A DNA stretch of 41,199 bases from a virus (Duplodnaviria; Caudoviricetes), in IMG/VR virus record IMGVR_UViG_3300031949_000086, positions 1-41,199 of that record. One strand, written 5' to 3'. The notes under the pieces are model-generated. The model was not told where the DNA came from, searched no databases, and saw nothing but the letters and a program-made list of their open reading frames with translations. Below, one piece after another: positions 1 through 8,639 of this stretch. The first letter of the stretch is position 1, and every line of letters starts with the position of its first letter. A program made the position numbers and the translations under genes.

Positions 1-92
1 ATTGTCATGCCGCAATAAACACAGGCCCCGTGCATCAAACTACGAAGCACAACGACGATGAAGCTTGATGGTCTTTTTAATTTATGAATCAT
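1..92 (-). CDS. small hypothetical protein, runs off the left window edge (CxxC motif)
   Basis: ATG at 92, reads MIHKLKRPSSFIVVVLRSLMHGACVYCGMT...; lies just downstream of the tRNA on the same strand. Confidence 0.35.
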   Translation of the reverse strand, partial: MIHKLKRPSSFIVVVLRSLMHGACVYCGMT

Positions 93-127
93 TTCTAATT
101 CTTTTGCTGCTTGAATAAATTTCCAAT

Positions 128-201
128 TTGCGGGGGCCGGATTCGAACCGACGACCTTCTGGTTATGGGCCAGATGAGCTACCGGACTGCTCTACCCCGC
201 T
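128..201 (-). tRNA. tRNA-Met(CAT), initiator (fMet)-like with atypical positions; no encoded CCA
   Basis: Minus strand AGCGGGG TA GAGC AGTCCGGTA GCTC A TCTGG CCCATAA CCAGA AGGTC GTCGG TTCGAAT CCGGC CCCCGCA A folds as a full cloverleaf; 1:72 mismatch and A11:U24 are initiator hallmarks. Confidence 0.93.
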
Positions 202-395
202 ATAAATTGGCAGGTGGTTATCAACTACCTGCCGGAGCCGTATCCAATTCCTCTTTTCGAGGGGTAGGTTCAATAAAGCCAGCCGGCATCCTACCAACTG
301 GCTTTGGAGGTAAGGGTGTAAGAAAAAAGCAAAAAATCACCCTATTTTTGTCAGATTCGATATTAAATTTTACAAGAGCACCTGAAGGCGAATTT

Positions 396-587
396 TTATG
401 GATTTTTTGCTTGATATTCACGTTCCTCTTTATTAAGCTGTTCAATTATCAGGTAGAGGATTGCCGCTGTCGTCGTATTAAAATCACGGAAGAAACGGGA
501 ATTTGTAAATCTTTCGTAGAGGTCAGGATTGAGCTTTATCTGGACAAGTCTGCTCTGCTTATTGTCTGGTTCTGCTGCCGTCGGCAC
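396..587 (-). CDS. ribbon-helix-helix (Arc/CopG-like) transcriptional regulator
   Basis: SRLVQIKLNPDLYERF...TTTAAILYLIIEQL beta-alpha-alpha pattern; probable GTG start at 587; divergent from the integrase. Confidence 0.55.
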   Translation of the reverse strand: MPTAAEPDNKQSRLVQIKLNPDLYERFTNSRFFRDFNTTTAAILYLIIEQLNKEEREYQAKNP

Positions 588-766
588 CCTTCCGATGCCG
601 AGGACAAAACACAAGGTATGTTATGTTTCATTCCTGACATCATCATTAAAAATTGACGTTTTATTCACTTTTCACTCTCAATCTATCACCCCATCGGCTG
701 TATGTCCAGAGAATATTCACCTTTTTTTATATATTTTCCATATTTTTACATTCCTTTTATTGATAA

Positions 767-1639
767 ATGCTTATGACTATCCCAGAATCCAACTATCATT
801 CATTAAAGGATTATAATTTGGGGACATACAAGACGTGGAGTAAGCCGTTAAGGATGAAGGATTGCCTTTACGCCTATCTTCTGGGCATACATTACAAAAG
901 CCCAAACACCATCAAAATCTACCAATACGCCATAAGCAATTTCATCGCTACTTTGACATCCCCAAACATTGAGGACATCCCCGTAGAGGCCATCGAGGCG
1001 TATCTGCTGCAACTACAAGCCCGTAAATACAAAGCTACCACTATAAATCTATCCCTGCGAGCTTTACAGGCGTTCTACAACTTTCTGAACGTTGAATACG
1101 GTATTGCAAACGTGGCTTCAAAGGTAAGAGCATTGCCAGAAGCACCACCAAATCAAAGGATTTTAACCAAACCGGAATATGCCCTGATATGCACCAAAGT
1201 CAATGGCTATCATCTGGACTGCATCAAGTTTCTCTGTGCCAGCGGACTACGGGTATCGGAATTTACTGGCCTTCAGCCAGAATATATCGGACAGGATTTT
1301 ATAAGGGTTATCAATGGCAAGGGGCGCAAAGCAAGGTCTATCCCTCTCAATAAAACGCTACAGGAGGTCTTATCTCGCAATCCCAGACTGGAGTTTATCA
1401 AACACCGCAACCGACTATGGGTTTTTAGGATATGTCGAGAAACAGCAGTTATGGCAGAGATACCCCCCTTCTCGCCGCACTCCTGCCGTCATTATTTCAG
1501 CAATGAGCTTTATAAGGCTGGTGTGCCGATAGCCACGATTTCACGGCTGTTAGGCCATTCCTGCTCAATGGTCACGGAACGGGTTTATATACATTGGTCC
1601 GAAGAATCGCTGGCCGGGACCACGGATGCACTGGATTGA
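767..1639 (+). CDS. int: tyrosine recombinase/integrase (XerC/D-like, core-binding plus catalytic domain)
   Basis: SGLRVSE (R), GKGRK (K), HSCRH (HxxR), LGHS, RVYIH (Y); start could be ATG 854. Confidence 0.93.
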   Translation: MLMTIPESNYHSLKDYNLGTYKTWSKPLRMKDCLYAYLLGIHYKSPNTIKIYQYAISNFIATLTSPNIEDIPVEAIEAYLLQLQARKYKATTINLSLRALQAFYNFLNVEYGIANVASKVRALPEAPPNQRILTKPEYALICTKVNGYHLDCIKFLCASGLRVSEFTGLQPEYIGQDFIRVINGKGRKARSIPLNKTLQEVLSRNPRLEFIKHRNRLWVFRICRETAVMAEIPPFSPHSCRHYFSNELYKAGVPIATISRLLGHSCSMVTERVYIHWSEESLAGTTDALD

Positions 1640-1649
1640 AAAATTATCC

Positions 1650-1678
1650 TTGCAATTTAACAGAGTAATTGGTAGTAT
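1650..1678 (+). promoter_or_regulatory. sigma70-like promoter for the moron gene at 1718
   Basis: TTGCAA-N17-TAGTAT, followed by AGGAGG RBS before ATG 1718. Confidence 0.55.
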
Positions 1679-1717
1679 TTTTCGTATGCTATAAACCCAT
1701 CGATAGGAGGCATAAAA

Positions 1718-2434
1718 ATGATTCATTTCAAATGCACAAAGTGCGGCGAACCAATGGATGCTCCCGAGGAGCTGCGGGGACAAAAAATAAGATGTCCAAA
1801 GTGTAATTTTTATGAGGAAGTTGCCGGCCCTAATACGGACATCAAAAATACTGCCTCCAAAAAACTCCTTGTCTTAATTTCTTTAATTATTTTGGGTATA
1901 ATACTTGCCTTTTATTTACTCATCTATAGTTCAGAATTGAGTTTTGAAAAAGCCAAAAGGATTTTAGGTAAACAGGGACTATTTTTAACAAACACAACAG
2001 GAGAAAAGGCCATACTGCGAGGCAGAGTCCTAAATAAGTATGAGTTTACTCAAGACGCTTCCGACCCTTTTGTGCCATCCAGTTTTTCGCTTTGGCTTGA
2101 TGAAAATAATAAACTTGTTGGGATTGATTGTGCTTGGTTTGGTGATTGTCGCGGCTTCCCTGTCCTTCTATCACCAGACACAAACGATATTCTTCTTGCA
2201 AAGGCCTATTTCCGGTCTTGGGCAACCTATGAAGGCTTTCGAAAAGTGATGGGATTTAATATAGATCATCTCTTGAATGAGAATTACGTAGAAAATCATC
2301 GGGGTTATCGCATACAGGTTATAAAAGAACCAACTTTTTTTGAAATGGCAGATTATCAAAAAGATTTGTGTAAACTTTTAAAAATGGAAGATGACAAGAT
2401 ATATACTTTTATAGTCATTGCACAAAAATGGTAA
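1718..2434 (+). CDS. Zn-ribbon plus single-TM membrane protein (moron)
   Basis: CTKC...CPKC N-terminus, hydrophobic LLVLISLIILGIILAFYLLIY, AT-rich, own promoter and RBS. Confidence 0.8.
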   Translation: MIHFKCTKCGEPMDAPEELRGQKIRCPKCNFYEEVAGPNTDIKNTASKKLLVLISLIILGIILAFYLLIYSSELSFEKAKRILGKQGLFLTNTTGEKAILRGRVLNKYEFTQDASDPFVPSSFSLWLDENNKLVGIDCAWFGDCRGFPVLLSPDTNDILLAKAYFRSWATYEGFRKVMGFNIDHLLNENYVENHRGYRIQVIKEPTFFEMADYQKDLCKLLKMEDDKIYTFIVIAQKW

Positions 2435-2507
2435 CGGCAAGTCTGCCCATAAGCCCTTAATAAATATGGCCTTACAATGTGCCAATTTAAAGGAGTTAAA
2501 ATTTCTC

Positions 2508-2537
2508 TTGACATTTTTATTCCCTTGATATTACACT
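2508..2537 (+). promoter_or_regulatory. sigma70-like promoter for the gene at 2563
   Basis: TTGACA-N18-TACACT; GGGAG RBS upstream of ATG 2563. Confidence 0.55.
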
Positions 2538-2562
2538 GTACATAGATTGAAGGGAGCCGATT

Positions 2563-3381
2563 ATGAAAACGCATATCCGACTATTTCTTATCTTTTTTGT
2601 TCTCTTATTGCCGCTCGTGGTATTTGCCGGGACAAGGGAAAAAAACCTCAGGCGAAGCAGAAGGGCGGAGCCGCCCAATCCATATCGGCTGGTAGATATA
2701 GAAGAGTATCAAAAACAGAGAATGGCGGAGTTGTCAAGCGCTGCTCGTCAGACAGATTTGTTCGAGTCTGGATATACCGACCCCTGCATAGTTATGATGT
2801 TTCTGCGGGGTAATTACTGCAACAGCTCTTTCGAGATGCAGAAAAAACTCTGGAAATGGCGGGAAGAATGGCGATTGGATGACAGGAATGAATTCTGTGC
2901 GCTGGGTATGAAGGGCAAAATAGTCTGGAAGTATCCCAAAAAAGAAGTAGAAGCCGAACTTGAAAAAGGTACACGTCCACAGCATCTTTACAAGGTCGTA
3001 TATTTCGGCGATTGGACGGAGGAGGACCAGCGCAAACTTGAAAAGAAACTCTATGAAGCAGAGCGTAAATATCTTCGCCAGTTAAAAATCGAGGAGCGAC
3101 ACGCACGGCAGCAGGTGAAGCAGTGGCTGGCGGAGTGGGCGCAAAAAGAAAAAGAGCTGCTGGAGGAGTTCAAGGAAGAGGCATACGCTAAATGGCTGGA
3201 CGATAGAAAAGACGAGATGTGGAACCTCAAAACGCGGGCCGGTGAAGGGGTGGGAGACCCGCGGTATAAAGACATCACACCTTTCGGGCGGGAACGCCTG
3301 TATTTTTTGCACAGTAAATTAGTGGGTGGTACTTACGTGCCTACCCCTCCTCTCAACTGGCCAAGGCTATCCATTGATTAA
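2563..3381 (+). CDS. exported or membrane-anchored charged helical protein (moron)
   Basis: Signal peptide MKTHIRLFLIFFVLLLPLVVFA; E/K/R-rich coiled coil. Confidence 0.75.
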   Translation: MKTHIRLFLIFFVLLLPLVVFAGTREKNLRRSRRAEPPNPYRLVDIEEYQKQRMAELSSAARQTDLFESGYTDPCIVMMFLRGNYCNSSFEMQKKLWKWREEWRLDDRNEFCALGMKGKIVWKYPKKEVEAELEKGTRPQHLYKVVYFGDWTEEDQRKLEKKLYEAERKYLRQLKIEERHARQQVKQWLAEWAQKEKELLEEFKEEAYAKWLDDRKDEMWNLKTRAGEGVGDPRYKDITPFGRERLYFLHSKLVGGTYVPTPPLNWPRLSID

Positions 3382-3383
3382 CT

Positions 3384-3827
3384 TTATAGCTTACCCCTTT
3401 GACACGTCCAGTCGGCTTCTATAAGTCTCGCTTGTATGCCGCAGCAAAAGTAAGGACATCTATAACCTCCGTTACATTCTATACATATAGTTCTTCGCCG
3501 CAGATATTCTTCGAGTGAAATATCTATAATATTGTTAGGGTTCCCAGTCCGCCGCAGTCCTGCGGAGGCGAGCTCATAATCGGCCTTCATTTGCTCTTTA
3601 GTGGGGGGGACCGCCGGGATATCAGGAGATTTTGTGCCTTTATCTTTTTTTTCGCGGTATGATTTTATGAATATCCCCATCCGCTCGAGCGATTCGGGCG
3701 AACATTCATTGCAGACAGATATGTGAACGCCGTGATAATACCCGGTTCTTTTGAGGACTTCTCCACAAGCGAACCAGTCGCCTTTTATATCCACCATGAT
3801 TTGGCACGGTTTTTTAGACACAATCAT
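3384..3827 (-). CDS. Cys-rich hypothetical protein, last gene of the late operon
   Basis: C-terminal RRTICIEC...CPYFCCG...WTCQRGKL; start uncertain (3821, 3827 or 3884). Confidence 0.6.
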   Translation of the reverse strand: MIVSKKPCQIMVDIKGDWFACGEVLKRTGYYHGVHISVCNECSPESLERMGIFIKSYREKKDKGTKSPDIPAVPPTKEQMKADYELASAGLRRTGNPNNIIDISLEEYLRRRTICIECNGGYRCPYFCCGIQARLIEADWTCQRGKL

Positions 3828-4158
3828 TGCCTGCGTAATGATACGCGCAATAACACCCGTCAGGGGGTTCACAAGTGACATCACTATTTAAGCCCCAGTA
3901 GCAATGCCCTTTTTTGCCTATACATGTTGTGGACCAGGTCGCAAAGCAACCACCGTTACACTCTATGACGCACCTGATGCCGTCTGTACAGCAGGGAACC
4001 CACAGCCACCCCGGCAGGTTGGGGCAAAAAGGGGGCTTTACGGGTCCGCCGCCGTCTGCGGCGATATGGATTATTTTATGGCCGTCAATTATTGAGATTT
4101 GCACGACTTTTTGTTCGGGCATAGGAAAAACGTGATTTATAACGGGCATTTCGCTCAT
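3814..4158 (-). CDS. small Cys-rich protein (12 Cys in the C-terminal ~70 aa), tail-tip region
   Basis: ORF directly follows the 823-aa tail gene. Confidence 0.65.
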   Translation of the reverse strand: MSEMPVINHVFPMPEQKVVQISIIDGHKIIHIAADGGGPVKPPFCPNLPGWLWVPCCTDGIRCVIECNGGCFATWSTTCIGKKGHCYWGLNSDVTCEPPDGCYCAYHYAGNDCV

Positions 4159-4167
4159 CGTAATTTC

Positions 4168-6639
4168 CTAATCACATACACATGATTGTGAGTCGTTAAA
4201 CGGCCATAGGCAGTACCATTTTTCCACAGCTACTTCATCCACAATCATTTTTACTTTTACTACGGGTATATCCATGCCTTGCTTTAGCCACGGCACACAT
4301 CCGTCAAGCATTACCTCCGACCTCACAAAGAGCCAGCAATAGACATCAATGTTGGCGCCCTCTCCTTCAGTTATTTCTACGCCTCCGGGGGTGCAGAGAT
4401 TGGCCCTTATTTTTATATCATACGGCGCATCTTCGAGCAGGATTGCCCTGCGGATTTCGCTGCCGGTCGCAAGACCGCCGCCTCCCGGCTCAATTCTCAG
4501 GGGGGTTTTATCGACCTGTGCCTTTATTTCTTTGATTTCCTTTTGTGTGCGTTCGATTTTGCGGGCCGCCATCTGCAGTGTCGGCGTGTTTAATGTCCCC
4601 GGACTTCCGCCGGCAGCAGCCACTATATCAAGCTCGGCAAAGTCGGTCGATATGACCGTTGTTGCAGGTACGCTTTGATAGTCCCATTTGACACTTGTCA
4701 CGACGGAACTGCTCGCCCCGACCCTTGTTACATCTAATCCCTTCAGCATTACCCCGATGGGGATGCCAGTTTCAAGGACTTTGCTTGTGATGGTGACTTT
4801 ATTGTGCTGGAACCCGTACCATACACAGGCCGCATTTAGTATCGCCCGCAGGCGGGCAGTATCATCGCGGAGCAGTTCCTCCCCGCTGTATTTTATAAGG
4901 TCCCCATTCTCATCGACATCAATCACCGTGTCCTTAACCAGATACCACAGCTCGGCGTCCGGGACGTCTATTATGAGGGTTTTTATATTTTCGTGGCTGC
5001 GGGTAAACTGATAACTGACCTGAAGATACTGGTCAGTGATTATAAAACCAGTCACAAGCACATCTTCGTAATCCCTGCCGAATTCTTCTATATCTTCGGT
5101 AAATATGCCGGGCTCATCCTCTTCCACGTCCCAGTGTCCCTTCGCAAGAAGATACGGCGGTTTGAACCTTACCTCTACCCCCATCTCTCTAACAAGAGGT
5201 CTGACGCTGGCCTCTATTTTTTCGGCGTATTGATATTTTCCATCGGTATCTTTAAGCAGGGCAAACATACGGCGGAATTCCGGCTCGGAATCTGACGGGT
5301 TTCTGTTGATGGGTATCGTCCCCGTATAATCGGTCCCGACCTGCAGGGGCAGCGTGTTGGCGAACCGTTTGTCAACATTCCAATAGGGGGCGTTATTGTC
5401 CTTGTCAATTTCTCCCGTTGCCGCGTCCAGCAGAGGATTAACGATACGCTCAGGCGTTGTGCCGGTCTTCCAGTTCCAGTTGCGAGGCACCCTGAATGTC
5501 GTAAACACCCGATGAAATCGGTCAGTGTCACGGAAGTTGTCGTTAAGTTCTCTTTTTTCCTCATCGGTCAAATCGTTATAGCCGGCCGTATCCTTCGCAG
5601 CCGCCTTGAATATATCTTCCTCCGAATCAGTCCAGCCTTTTTCGAGGGTCTCATCCTCAAATTTGACAGTGCAGCAGCTTTTTATCTTTGCCCCGCGGAC
5701 TATTATTTTATCATAAACAGGCCCCGTGTCCTGCGAGACTTCGACGTTCATCTGTGTAGGGTCGCCCCACGGATCGTAAGGCATCTGGTTCGAGTTTGCC
5801 GGCAATATGATATCTCCGAGCATAATCGCGTTGGCAAGCAAACTGAATGGTACCAGCTCCACGTTGCCTTCGGCGTCAACCGTATAGGTCCAGCTCAATC
5901 CTCTGCTGCGGGACAGGAGTGTATTAATCGCCTGCCGCAGGGTTGCCTGGCTGAAGTCATAAACGTCAATCATCTGGTTGAGTGCATATTTTATTTCATC
6001 GGAGATTTTGAGATTAAAAGCTGGACCGTTGGCTGCCTGATAATGCTTCAGCAGATAATCGAGTATCCAGTAATTCGACCAGGGCTCGCCTTCCGCGGCA
6101 AAAATATAACTGTCCTTGCCGGAATTCCATTTTGCGTCGGCGATGTTTGCCCCGTGCTCGAATCTCTGGTTAAAGGCCGGCAGGTAGCCGAGCCATACAG
6201 CGTCGCCTCCGCCTACGGGCTCAACCCATGCCCCGTCGAGCCGGTTGTTCAGGATATAATCCAGACCTACGGCTTCTATCACCTGGTCCGCCGTATGCAC
6301 CGAACCGCTCCGTCCTAACAGATTGAATGATTCGGCAGGCACTACGCCTGTCCACAGCGGCAATTCTATCTCGCCCCTTCTGCAGCGTATCTGAAGATAC
6401 AGATACGCAACCGTCTCCATCTCTATGCCGTCTGTCAAGGGAAAGGCATCTTCCCATTTGCCGCTGCCCCATCGATATACGAGCGTTGCAATGCCGAGAG
6501 CAGGGGCCCCTGAATTTGAAAAGTTTAACGGCTGCAAGTAAGGCCCGTATTTCCATACATCCGTCCACGCCCATTTGTAATAAACAGACAGGTTCGGCTC
6601 GCGTGTTAATGTCTCCGGTTGTGGCTGGACTATTGCCAT
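4168..6639 (-). CDS. large tail tip/hub protein
   Basis: 823 aa, position at the end of the tail operon, coiled coil followed by a GGGG-linked C-terminal domain. Confidence 0.7.
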   Translation of the reverse strand: MAIVQPQPETLTREPNLSVYYKWAWTDVWKYGPYLQPLNFSNSGAPALGIATLVYRWGSGKWEDAFPLTDGIEMETVAYLYLQIRCRRGEIELPLWTGVVPAESFNLLGRSGSVHTADQVIEAVGLDYILNNRLDGAWVEPVGGGDAVWLGYLPAFNQRFEHGANIADAKWNSGKDSYIFAAEGEPWSNYWILDYLLKHYQAANGPAFNLKISDEIKYALNQMIDVYDFSQATLRQAINTLLSRSRGLSWTYTVDAEGNVELVPFSLLANAIMLGDIILPANSNQMPYDPWGDPTQMNVEVSQDTGPVYDKIIVRGAKIKSCCTVKFEDETLEKGWTDSEEDIFKAAAKDTAGYNDLTDEEKRELNDNFRDTDRFHRVFTTFRVPRNWNWKTGTTPERIVNPLLDAATGEIDKDNNAPYWNVDKRFANTLPLQVGTDYTGTIPINRNPSDSEPEFRRMFALLKDTDGKYQYAEKIEASVRPLVREMGVEVRFKPPYLLAKGHWDVEEDEPGIFTEDIEEFGRDYEDVLVTGFIITDQYLQVSYQFTRSHENIKTLIIDVPDAELWYLVKDTVIDVDENGDLIKYSGEELLRDDTARLRAILNAACVWYGFQHNKVTITSKVLETGIPIGVMLKGLDVTRVGASSSVVTSVKWDYQSVPATTVISTDFAELDIVAAAGGSPGTLNTPTLQMAARKIERTQKEIKEIKAQVDKTPLRIEPGGGGLATGSEIRRAILLEDAPYDIKIRANLCTPGGVEITEGEGANIDVYCWLFVRSEVMLDGCVPWLKQGMDIPVVKVKMIVDEVAVEKWYCLWPFNDSQSCVCD

Positions 6640-6641
6640 AA

Positions 6642-8588
6642 TTACATCGCCTCCGCCGAATGCCCGTAAAACGCCCTGCCGGGCGCCGCAGCAGGTCCTT
6701 CCGTGACCGCCGTGCAGGAATGGATGTCGGTATTATCACTGTCATAGTTCGACCCGCTGACCCTGCGGGCGCGGACGAGGACCTTCAGCGTATCGTTATT
6801 GTCGGCCGCGGCAGATAGCCAGATAAGATGTGCGATGCCGCCTGATTTATACATAGCAACCACCGTCGGCGTATCCACATCCGGGTCGGGGTCAACGCCG
6901 GTGTCCGTAAAATATATCAGCCAGTGCGTTGCCGGATAATCATCGTCGAGGTCATACAGGTACTGCGCCTCTACCAGCCCCTTGCCGCCCGTTGCGGGCG
7001 TAATCGTGACATTGCTCGGAGCTGAAGGATTTGGCGCTATAATATCTCCAAATCCATCTATCACCACAGACCAGCTCTTGATGTTTTGCGAAATCAGCCC
7101 CCACTTGTTGCGCTTCCGCAGCACAAAATAATACGTTGCGGATTCCGCCGCATCCAGCAATACGAAAGGCGGTATCTGCAGGGGTCCGAAGTCTTTCCGG
7201 TCGAGGATGCCGTCGATTTTTCCAAATAATCTGAAAAATGATATCAGGTTTATAACGTGCGGCAGGGAGGTAAAGGTCTTGTAAGGCGCTGCATCAAGGT
7301 CCGGCTCGGCATCGATGCCGAGATACAGCTCGTACCGATCAAGCGCATCGTCTGCAATCCTGTATAGCCCCCCGGCCTGATTCGGCCCATAGAGCTGATA
7401 GCCGAGGCATGTCGTAAAAGGCGTAAGCGTTATTCCCGCCCCCGATGCCGCAGCAACGGGGGTAATTGCCTCGCCTGTAGAAGATGCAGTAATAGTAATG
7501 GCAGATGCCGCCGACTTTGATGCATCGTACGACTTCGACCTGTCGCAAATCGGCGTCAGGGTGATGGCGCCTTGTGCCGTCCCCGCCTCAAGGTCACCTT
7601 TAAGGACTACGGTTGAATTACTCAGGGCAATCGATGCCTGGGCCGTTACCGCTCTGATGTCCCTGACTGTTATCGCTAAGGCGGCAGCAACGTCAGTCAT
7701 CCTGTTAAATATTGTAAGAATGCTGCTGCCTGCAAACAAAAGCCCGACGGCATCGCCGGTCTCCTTGCTGATAAGCAGTGACCCTGAATCTCCGGGCCGA
7801 CCCATATTGGGTAACGTCCCTGTTATAATCTGGTCGTCGAACCATCCCACCCCTGCGGCCCCGTAATTGATTCCTATGAGGCCGCTGAATTCGCCGATGA
7901 CTCCTTCTGTTATTCCCGATGTCCTGCCTGACTTAATGACCTCTTCGCCGATTTCTGCCTCTTTGATTTCATAAGGATATTCGACCCCGATTATGGATAT
8001 ATCGGCATCGGCGGCGTTTGTAGGCAGGCATAACGCACAATCGACGACGTTCGGATTATCCGGATCATTGAATGTTAGCGTAACAAATTCCGCCAGCTCG
8101 CCGATTTTATCTGCGACGGTCCCCCCATCATAAGGCCCGGGCTGATATATATCATCGCCGACCTCGGCATCGTTGCAATTCGCAAGGACGTGGTTGTTGG
8201 AGAGAATATATTTTGTGCCGTTCGATTTATATGCGAGGCTGCCTAATGTTCCTGCTGTTATCTGATAATGCCCGATTGATACGCCGCCCGGCGCTGGCCG
8301 CCACTTTGAGGTCCTTGCTGCAAATGCCTCAAATTCGCCCGTCTCAACGACCTCGACAGATAGTTCCTCCTGCGGCCCTTTGATGTCAACATCCTTTAAC
8401 TTTGCCTCTTTTTCACTGAAGGTAATCTTTGCAAGCTCCTGATGCGAATCCCGAATCTTTTTCACAAATACTCGCATCCTCCACCTGCCGGCCTCGTATC
8501 TTATCGATGTCCCTACGCAGTCGGCCGTATCGCGGATGATTTGCCTGTCGTATTTTTTGAGGATTTTTCTGGCCTGTTTATAATCCAT
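6642..8588 (-). CDS. trypsin-like (S1/Nal1-type) serine protease fused to a putative virion tail domain
   Basis: RPAPGGVSIG, AGTLG, LSNNHVL (His), VDCAL (Asp), KSGRTSG, GDSGS (Ser), VGLLFAG; C-terminal beta-rich FN3-like part. Confidence 0.85.
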   Translation of the reverse strand: MDYKQARKILKKYDRQIIRDTADCVGTSIRYEAGRWRMRVFVKKIRDSHQELAKITFSEKEAKLKDVDIKGPQEELSVEVVETGEFEAFAARTSKWRPAPGGVSIGHYQITAGTLGSLAYKSNGTKYILSNNHVLANCNDAEVGDDIYQPGPYDGGTVADKIGELAEFVTLTFNDPDNPNVVDCALCLPTNAADADISIIGVEYPYEIKEAEIGEEVIKSGRTSGITEGVIGEFSGLIGINYGAAGVGWFDDQIITGTLPNMGRPGDSGSLLISKETGDAVGLLFAGSSILTIFNRMTDVAAALAITVRDIRAVTAQASIALSNSTVVLKGDLEAGTAQGAITLTPICDRSKSYDASKSAASAITITASSTGEAITPVAAASGAGITLTPFTTCLGYQLYGPNQAGGLYRIADDALDRYELYLGIDAEPDLDAAPYKTFTSLPHVINLISFFRLFGKIDGILDRKDFGPLQIPPFVLLDAAESATYYFVLRKRNKWGLISQNIKSWSVVIDGFGDIIAPNPSAPSNVTITPATGGKGLVEAQYLYDLDDDYPATHWLIYFTDTGVDPDPDVDTPTVVAMYKSGGIAHLIWLSAAADNNDTLKVLVRARRVSGSNYDSDNTDIHSCTAVTEGPAAAPGRAFYGHSAEAM

Positions 8589-8639
8589 ATTCCTGTCTTT
8601 TTTGCTGTCTTTTGCCTTCTGTTTGCTGCCCTCTGTTAT

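Noticed and set aside
128-201. tRNA as the host integration site (attL/attR) marking a prophage boundary
   Set aside because: The phage genes lie 5' of the tRNA rather than 3', I found no duplicate of its 3' end, and it is co-oriented with phage early genes; a role as attP is not fully excluded
111-816. Plus-strand ORFs 111-656 and 529-816
   Set aside because: They overlap the tRNA and RHH gene on the opposite strand and have non-protein-like composition
3384-6639. Diversity-generating retroelement targeting tail-tip genes
   Set aside because: No reverse transcriptase ORF and no ~100-bp TR/VR pair with adenine-specific mismatches seen; the IECNGG match is only 18 bp
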